Part shown: positions 55,858 through 64,000 of the stretch, piece by piece
Layout of the letters: every line of letters starts with the position of its first letter
How positions within the stretch are numbered: the stretch's first letter is position 1
Origin: Octopus sinensis
Lineage: Eukaryota
Length of the DNA: 64,000 bases
NCBI RefSeq assembly: GCF_006345805.1
Contig: NC_043000.1
Location: 27,838,001-27,902,000, forward strand
Direction: 5' to 3'
Program-made: the position numbers and the translations under genes
Notes under the pieces: generated by a model
The model's database searches: none
Told to the model about the DNA's origin: nothing
Seen by the model: the letters and a program-made list of their open reading frames with translations, nothing else

Positions 55858-55993
55858 TAATACTGCTGCTACTACTACTACTACTACTACTATACTACTA
55901 CTACTACTACTACCGTTATTTGTATTTTTATTCATATTCTTAATCATATTAATATCATTATTATTATTATTATTATTATTATATTAGTATTAT

Positions 55994-56033
<40 letters not shown>

Positions 56034-56521
56034 TTTGTAATTACTGTTATTATTATTATTGTTTATGTTACAATAATATCGATGATGAAGCGGATGATGA
56101 TGGTGAATAAAGATTCTTCTCATTTTCTTCTTTTCTTCATATAATTGTTATTATTTTTATTTTTATTGTCATTATTATTATTATTATTATTACATTTGTT
56201 GATGGTACGTTAGGATTATGGTGGTGATGGTGGCGACGGTAGATGGGGGGGGAGTTACTTCTCTTTTTATTTTTTTTCCCCCCATTTCTTTCCGTTTAGT
56301 AAATTCTGTTGATCCATGTGCTTTTAGCCACAATACATAAACCCTGCATATATGCATAAATACATACAAAGTTAATAATACTTCTCATTGTACACACGTC
56401 ACTAGCAGACGCGCCGTCCATTCAAGCAGACTTACTGTATATACGCACACAGACACACACACACACATATTCAGTACATCCATATGTATACATATATATT
56501 TATATATGTATATACATACAT

Positions 56522-56592
<71 letters not shown>

Positions 56593-56696
56593 AACACATG
56601 CACTTACTATAGTAACTGTCGTTCTTGGTGTTAAGGATAGCCGACAGATCTATGTATTAAGCATTGTTGTTTCTGCAGTTATTATTATTATTATTA

Positions 56697-56742
<46 letters not shown>

Positions 56743-56985
56743 GTGTATGTATGTGTGTGTGTGTGTATGTGTGTGTGTGTGTGTATGTGTGTGTGTGTGT
56801 GTTTTTTTTTTCTACTTTCTCCCATTAGTTGTCAGTATTATTGGTTCATACAATTTGGATTCTTGTGAGATTCAACTGTACTAAAACTGAAGACCCTGCT
56901 TTCCAACAAACAATAAATAATCTAGGTTTGATTGTTTCTGCACAAAAGAACGGTGAACTCTTCGCCTTCTCTTTTCTTTCTATCC

Positions 56986-57028
<43 letters not shown>

Positions 57029-57284
57029 GTTTTTTTTCCTCTTCCCCTTTTTTCCCCTTTTTTCTTCTTTTTTCATTTATCTTTTCTTTTGTTCCTTTTC
57101 CTTTTCTTTTTTTTATTTTATTTTATTTATTATTTTTTTCTTCCCTTTTACGATTCCTCTTGATCGAAAACCTACGCCACCCCCCTTTTTTTTCATCCCC
57201 CAAAAGAAAAGCTCTACTTTGTAACTTGTCCCATCTGTGTGCAGCCCTGTGTGGCCAATAAAGAAACTTATCTATCTATCTATA

Positions 57285-57356
<72 letters not shown>

Positions 57357-57932
57357 AATCAATTTCTCTATCGCTTCCCATGGTTCTACCTCTCTTAATC
57401 AAAGCTTTTTCTCAGTTTCACTTAGCTTCTTTCTATTTATCCATGTCTCAATCCTCTATTTACATTTTTTAATGCATTTGTTGTTGCTGTTATTTATTTA
57501 TTTATTTGTTTAGTACATTTTTTTTATTATTTTGAGAGATAAGAATTGAAGCGGAAATAGAAAATGTTTCCTTCTGTATTCTTTGACCGACAAGGAATAT
57601 ATAGTCATCATTATCATCATCATCATCATCATCATCATCATTATCTTCTTCTTCTTCTTCTTCTTCTTCTTCTTCTTCTTCTTCTTCTTCTTCTTCTTCT
57701 TCTTCTTCTTCTTCTTCTTCTACTTCTTCTCCTTCTTCTATTATATCCTCTCCTCCTCCCTCTACATCCTTTCCCTCTATTTCTCTCTCTTTTTCTGCCC
57801 TTAAATCTTCTCCCGTTTTTTATTTCCCTTCCTAATTTTTTAATTTGTGACAAATTCCTCAAATTCAGTGCAGTTTCTGCTATATTCCTATCTATTTATG
57901 ATAAAATATTATGATATATACGTATATATTAC

Positions 57933-58030
<98 letters not shown>

Positions 58031-58061
58031 GGGAGAGAGAGAAAGAGAGAGATAGATTGAC

Positions 58062-58096
<35 letters not shown>

Positions 58097-58349
58097 GAGG
58101 GAGAGAGTTATTAGTGAGGGATTATCAATCTATGCATAATACTCCATAAGCTCTCTGTTAGTACACCAGACAACGATATTATTCAGATTAGTAAAGAAGT
58201 CTGTGTATTCGTATAGTAGGATCGGAGGTTATAGTTCGTCACCATTCTATATTGTTAATCTGTGTTGTGTTTCAGTTATATTGCTTTTGCACACAGCGTG
58301 ATAGAGAAGACAAAGAATTAATAATAGCCATTCCATATTTCTTTTTATG

Positions 58350-58645
58350 TAGCGACGTCAAATTTACTACAATAACAAAATATGTACAAACCATCCATCG
58401 TTCCCAAAGTGGAAAAGGATCGCATCACGTTCAAACGGAATCTAGACAAATTTCTCCAAGGGATACCAGATAATCCAGCTATACTTGGATACAGCTCACT
58501 CAACAAGAACTCTATACTTTAATGGGACATGAAACCACAAAACGTGACTTAAAAGGATTTAGCTAACCCTATCAGGTGGTGCTATTTAAGTTAGACTTGG
58601 CCTGGAACAATCTTCGGTCGAAACATATCTAGGTTATCTAAGTTA
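58350..58645 (+). mobile_element. CR1/L2-type LINE 3' end
   Basis: FKRNLDKFL..IPD.P motif; paralog at 997-1250. Confidence 0.65.
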
Positions 58646-58677
<32 letters not shown>

Positions 58678-58730
58678 TATGAATAAATGAAAGAATGGAG
58701 TCGAACGAAGATGTTAACAAAATTCCTTTA

Positions 58731-58811
58731 CTCTCGACACATGTTTCGAAGACAGCATATTTTCATTCCGAGGAATAAAGGGTGCATTATGCAATCTTCT
58801 CATCAGGAAAG
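58731..58811 (-). ncRNA. Type I hammerhead ribozyme
   Basis: Minus strand: ctttc CTGATGA gaaga..tcttc GAAA catgtg TC gagag; GUC triplet, extended stem II. Confidence 0.85.
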
Positions 58812-58899
58812 AAAAGGAGCCTCTCTCAACAAGACAAACAAAAATTTCGATGATTGCCTACATGGTAACCAAAGCGATAATGAGTTTAAAAAAAAACTA

Positions 58900-59515
58900 G
58901 ATTCCGTTTGAACGTGATGCGATCCTTTTCCACTTTGATCTGTTTGGGAACAATATTATATAAGGCAGGGCCTGTTGCGGAAAAGAAATTGTGTTGCAGT
59001 GTATTTATGTTGTGATATTGAATTGGGTAGTGGACGTGTGGCGCGTGGTCCTAGCCTTGAATGAATAATGAAACTAAAGTTGATGTCGTTCGGGCAATGC
59101 TGGTTGTATATTCTCCACATCGTGCAAATGATGCATCGTCGCAGCGGCGCTAGAGAGAACAGAGTTTCAATGCTTTAAGGTAGTCACAAAAATCGAGATC
59201 AGTCAGGCTCTTAATTATTTTAGGGAATGCCCTCTGGGGTGATTCATATTTTGAAATGTTTCATTTTGTATGGGGCGACCACAGGGGGCAGTCGTATTCG
59301 AGGCGTGGCCATACAAATGGGGATAAAAGAGGAATGATGATACCTTGTTCTCTGAACCGGAATGTTCTTGGGATCCAGGAGCTCATCTTACGAGTTAAAT
59401 CGACTTTATAGCTGATGTGGCATTCCATCTGACATTCTTGTAAACAATTACTCTTAGTTCCCTGATATTACTAGATGCTGTGTGTGGTTCCCCTGAAGGA
59501 AGAGAATAATGTTGT
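58900..59515 (-). mobile_element. CR1-like LINE ORF2 fragment
   Basis: PRLEYDCPLWSP and LKALKLCSL*RR resemble CR1 post-RT motifs. Confidence 0.65.
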
Positions 59516-59636
59516 GTGTATATATATATATATATAATATTAAATAGAGACAAAACCACTATTATGCAAATCAAACAAAGAAAGACTTAATCCAATACAT
59601 AAAAAATTTTATATAAATTAAATAAAATTAAATCAG

Positions 59637-59682
59637 CCACTACAATTGTTTCGTGTCTCTTCTAGGGACATTCATCAGGTGG
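59637..59682 (-). ncRNA. Type I hammerhead (left arm)
   Basis: ccac CTGATGA atgtc cctagaaga gacac GAAA caattg TA gtgg. Confidence 0.9.
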
Positions 59683-59703
59683 TCTTCAGATCTTCTCTGA
59701 AGA

Positions 59704-59749
59704 CCACCTGATGAATGTCCCTAGAAGAGACACGAAACAATTGTAGTGG
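59704..59749 (+). ncRNA. Type I hammerhead (right arm)
   Basis: Identical to the left-arm motif. Confidence 0.9.
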
Positions 59750-60163
59750 CTGATTTAATTTTATTTAATTTATATAAAATTTTTTATGTATTGGATTAAG
59801 TCTTTCTTTGTTTGATTTGCATAATAGTGGTTTTGTCTCTAATTAATATTATATAATATTTTACTATAAAATTGGATTCAATCCTAAATCTGATTTTTCC
59901 CTGTAAATTTGGATTTATTCTCTAATATTTATTATTATATATATATATATATATTTATAAACGTATCGGAGTTTATTGTTTAAGATTACATAGATTCCTC
60001 TGCAGTGTTGTTTTGCACTTATAATAAAATGAATATATACAAATTATAAAATTAATTCTAAAATATACAGTACAGTACATCTTCTACTTCAAGGATTTTC
60101 ACCCATCGCGAGAGGTTTTGGAACGTAACATCCGTGGTAAACGGAATGCAGTAGGAAAAGTCC

Positions 60164-60247
60164 GGGCTACCTATGTTTCATAGTGTGTGGGATCTCAGAA
60201 GTGGTAAAATCCACACGTGGTATATACCGCCAGCTACTCTTCAGGCG
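60164..60247 (-). ncRNA. Decayed type I hammerhead with long stem II
   Basis: Minus strand: gc CTGAAGA gtag..ctat GAAA catagg TA gc; lies downstream of the PLE pseudogene. Confidence 0.6.
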
Positions 60248-60899
60248 AATGATATCTTGATTACATTGAAGGCTAGATTGTCACAAGGAGGTACATGTTG
60301 ACGCAAAGAGGATTCAATGCGTGGATGAGAGTATGTGAGAGGTGTATAAATATAGGGAGAAATAGGTTCTTAGAAGAAGAGAAGAAAGAAGAGAAAGAAA
60401 AAATAATAAATAAGTAAATAAAATAAAATGATATTTAGGGAAGAGAGATGAAGGACGAATTGGGCAGGTCACTAGTAGATAATATAGTAGTTTAGCTACA
60501 GAATTTAATAGTGGGATTGGAAAGTGATGAGAGAATAATTGGAGGCGAAGGGGGGAATATTTTTGGTCGTGAGGGAGAAATAATGTGTGCATGAATAAAG
60601 CAGCGTAAGGGGTTAAGCATGGCTAGTGTTTGTTCGTAGTTGAGAGGTTTCAGTGGCCGAAAGACATAAATTGACACAGAAAAGTAACTATAAAGTGGTG
60701 GAGGCGTATGTAGGCGTGTGTATTTGTGAGTTTATGGGTGGGAGTAGGATGGGGATGGAGTAGATTTATAAAGAGAGACGAATATTATGTGAGGTTTAAT
60801 ACGAAGTGGTAGTGAAGTTGGATAAGTGAGAAAAATATATATGAGAGCAAGGGGGAGACAAGAGCGGAGTGGGATTGTAATTATTTGTACTTTGAGAAT

Positions 60900-62263
60900 A
60901 GATTTAGTGCCCGATGTTTACGAATGAATATTATACTGCTGCAATATGTGAATGCTGAGACAATCTGTGGATAGCAAAATAGCCATGACCTCTGCTATGC
61001 ATAGAGCACACCTGTTATTATATCCGTAGTAAGGTTTCGCGTCAGTGACTATAGAGTGTAAGAGGTTGAATCAAGCGTTAGTTTACTGAAAATTTCAGAT
61101 AACGATGTACTGTTGCATTTTGTTGGGGATTTGAAGCTAGAGTAATGGTTACTCGCCCTAGCTTTGAAGCTGATGGTAATGAGCCAATGTAAATGTAGTT
61201 ATATTTGTTAGTTGATACTGCGCACTTATATACAATGTTTTTAGTGAGACAGCGGGTATCTAAAGGACAGGACGGTGGGCGTCTGCAGCTGCATCGGTTT
61301 GTAAGGAGTGTTCCGGATGAGCTTGAAAAAGGTTATTTAGTGAGGAATCGGTGTTCGGTTCGTTATTATAGTTGGTGCTTAAGGTTATCATTTGACAAGT
61401 AATTAAGGGTAGAGTGTTGTTGGGGTGTAAGGTATGGTAATTATTGTGTCTGGTGGTAACCTCTGGTATGTTCTTTCTAATGACAGGAGGTATATTTGGG
61501 CATTGTGGTACATTTAAGGGGCGGATGTTAGCATTGGCATTATAGTTGTAGTTATGAGGGTTAGTGTTAAGGGGGTCAGTTGGTGATTTGGGTTTGCATG
61601 TATGAAGTTGGGGGCTATGTTGAGTTAATTTACTAGGGTAAGGGTGGATTTCCGATAATTGCGGCTATGTTGTTGTTGGCGGTGGTGGTGGTGGAGTAGG
61701 ACAATTTTATAGATTGGCGATTAAATATATTTCTAAGAGGGTTGATTTAGGGAAATGCTTTTCGAGTATGGCGAAGAAGAGTTTGGGTACTCGAGTCTAG
61801 ACGCTAAGAGTGAAGGGGGTGGAACCACATGACATCTCGGGTTCCAGTTCATTTAATCTGATCGGGGCGGTGTTATCCGGATGGAGATAGGGTTTTGGAG
61901 ATGTATGTTGGTGTCTATTTTTGTGGGTTGTGGTGTATATAGGATTAGAGGTTATCAGCTGGGGGGGGGGTCGTTTGCTACTCCAATATTTGGATGACTA
62001 TTGGAGGGGTGAGTAGGGGGTTACCTTTGTAATAAAAGGGTTGGAAATTTTTTTTTGCTCTGGGTTTAGTTGAGAGGGGAATGTCCCACATGGGGGGGGG
62101 GGCATTCAACTGAATGTTTATATCCGGCACGTTGTAGGGCACAGTTGTTGCATTCAGCATATTGATCGAATAAATCTTGATTAGCAGACAATGAGAAGGT
62201 CCGGTAGGACACGCTTTCATCAATAGACTTTAGAACGGAGAGGGGTGGAGCAGGAGAATTCAT
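60900..62263 (-). pseudogene. PLE remnant (thumb + GIY-YIG) related to the 2720-5668 ORF
   Basis: ALQRAGY, VMWFHPP..ILEKHFP..IFNRQSIKLSYST, CSCRRPPSCP..CLTKNIVYKC..YIG, CALC; stops and frameshifts. Confidence 0.85.
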
Positions 62264-62264
62264 A

Positions 62265-62651
62265 TACTCTTTACTCTTTTACTTGTTTCAGTCATTTGAC
62301 TGCGGCCATGCTGGAGCACCGCCTTTAGTCGAGCAACTCGATCCCGGGACTTATTCCTTTTGTAAGCCCAGTACTTATTCTATCGGTCTCTTTTTGCCGA
62401 ACCGCTAAGTGACGGGGACGTAAACACACCAGCATCGGTTGTCAAGCAATGCTAGGGAACAAACACAGACACACAAACACACACACATACATATATACAT
62501 ATATACGACAGGCTTCTTTCAGTTTCCGTCTACCAAATCCACTCACAAAGCATTGGTCGGCCCGGGGCTATAGCAGAAGACACGCAGTGGAATGAACCCG
62601 GAACCATGTGGTTGATTAGCAAGCTACTTACCACACAGCCACTCCTGCGCC
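62265..62651 (-). mobile_element. tRNA-derived SINE (family B)
   Basis: Reverse complement of the 36663-type element. Confidence 0.85.
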
Positions 62652-63380
62652 TATATCTAAATATTAACCTATTAAATCCCCTAATATTCAGTGGTAACTC
62701 TTATTCCAAAATAATTTAACATTCAACTGGGTACACCATTCACGACCACTTACACTCATACCCCCATAGCTAAAAATATTTCTGCAGCCACTGATCTTAG
62801 CCATAAAAAGGACGCAAACACTTTCTACCAGATTTCCTCCTCAACTGCAGCCACCTAGAACAGCACTGGTACCTCTAATTTTCTTTGACTCCCTTTCATT
62901 TTACTTTATTATGTATTATCTTATGCTATCTTCCTTTACCTCCTCCTCTCTCCTTATCTACCCTTATATATTTATTTATTTAACTTTTTGCTTGAATTTG
63001 TATATTATACTTTTATATACATCATTCCTTGCTTTCCTCCTGCACTTTCTGTACCTCCTGCCTTCATATAAATAACTTCCTCTCTTTCTGCTTATTATTT
63101 TTTCTCTTTATCCCTTAATAGCCACCTCCGCTGCCATTTTCTTACGAAACCTCGATACGTTCGCGTTTATCTCTGGATATTCACACTATTAAGACTATAC
63201 CCATACATGATTTTCACAGGATTGCACTTAAGGACTTATGGACTAACAATCAACACTATCGGATAGTTGGACTGTGAAATTTATGCTTCTTTTTTTCATT
63301 TTGTTCATTACTTTATTCCTTTTTTCCTGTCCTCCATGTCATCGTTTCATTAATCCATACTCTTCACATTTTCCCTATTT

Positions 63381-63436
63381 GTTTTCGATGACGGAATTTC
63401 CCATACTTTGAGATATCCCAGAAACAGCTGTAAGGC
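63381..63436 (+). ncRNA. Decayed hammerhead (15067-like) in a PLE-like 3' remnant (~62700-63500)
   Basis: gttt TCGATGA cgga..tccca GAAA cagctg TA aggc; same palindromic stem III as 15067. Confidence 0.55.
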
Positions 63437-64000
63437 ATTGAAATTTTCCAATAATGATAACGTATATCACTTGAGATGTTTGTCTTGCCTTAACGTTTGT
63501 TGTCCTCTTTAACAATTATATATCTGCTATATCGGAATCTACAATGGTTTCATAGCTCCCGTTTCGGCTATGACCTTCTGCCCTAGTAATCCGTTACAGT
63601 ACTTAAACAACGTACCTAGTCGTTTAGATCACCTGTGAACTAAACTCCCATATTTTGTATATATATATATATATATAAACATATACACAATATATATATA
63701 TATATATATAAATACATGTATTCATACATATATACACAAATATATATATACACACATATATATATGTATATATATGAATATATATATGTGTCTATATATA
63801 TATATATATATATATAAACATATACACAAATATATATATATATAAATACATGTATACATACATATATACACACATATATATATATGTATATATATATATG
63901 TATATATATCAATATATATATGTATATATATATGAATATATATATTTATATCTACATATATATACGTGTGTGTGTGTGTGTATGTGTGTTTACAAACATA

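Larger units (their letters stand above)
59531..59855. repeat. Near-perfect palindrome: 160-bp arms, 5-nt spacer, one mismatch
   Basis: 59531-59690 is the reverse complement of 59696-59855; spacer tcttc. Confidence 0.95.

Overview
AT-rich, microsatellite-dense eukaryotic DNA. The SINE families look like cephalopod (Octopus-type) repeats, which is an inference from recognition only. No host protein-coding gene can be confidently identified, and almost all short ORFs in the track are translations of (TA)n, (TAA)n, (CA)n or (GATA)n repeats. The window is dominated by mobile elements: (i) Penelope-like elements (PLEs), including one ~920-codon uninterrupted RT + GIY-YIG frame with two large Asn-rich inserts, a Neptune-type pseudogene and several 3' remnants; (ii) a cluster of R4/Dong-like RLE non-LTR retrotransposons in (TAA)n arrays; (iii) Tc1/mariner remnants, an L1/Tx1 LINE, CR1-like fragments and Helitron-like ends; (iv) many tRNA-derived SINEs. 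The main hidden layer is RNA structure: by eye I find 14 type I hammerhead ribozyme (HHR) motifs, intact or decayed, at PLE-type 3' ends. They include a near-perfect 325-bp palindrome with two divergent HHRs, a family with a compensatory U3-A8 core, and a head-to-head pair of units that each join a tRNA-like Pol III head to an HHR tail (a candidate Penelope-mobilised, ribozyme-bearing SINE).
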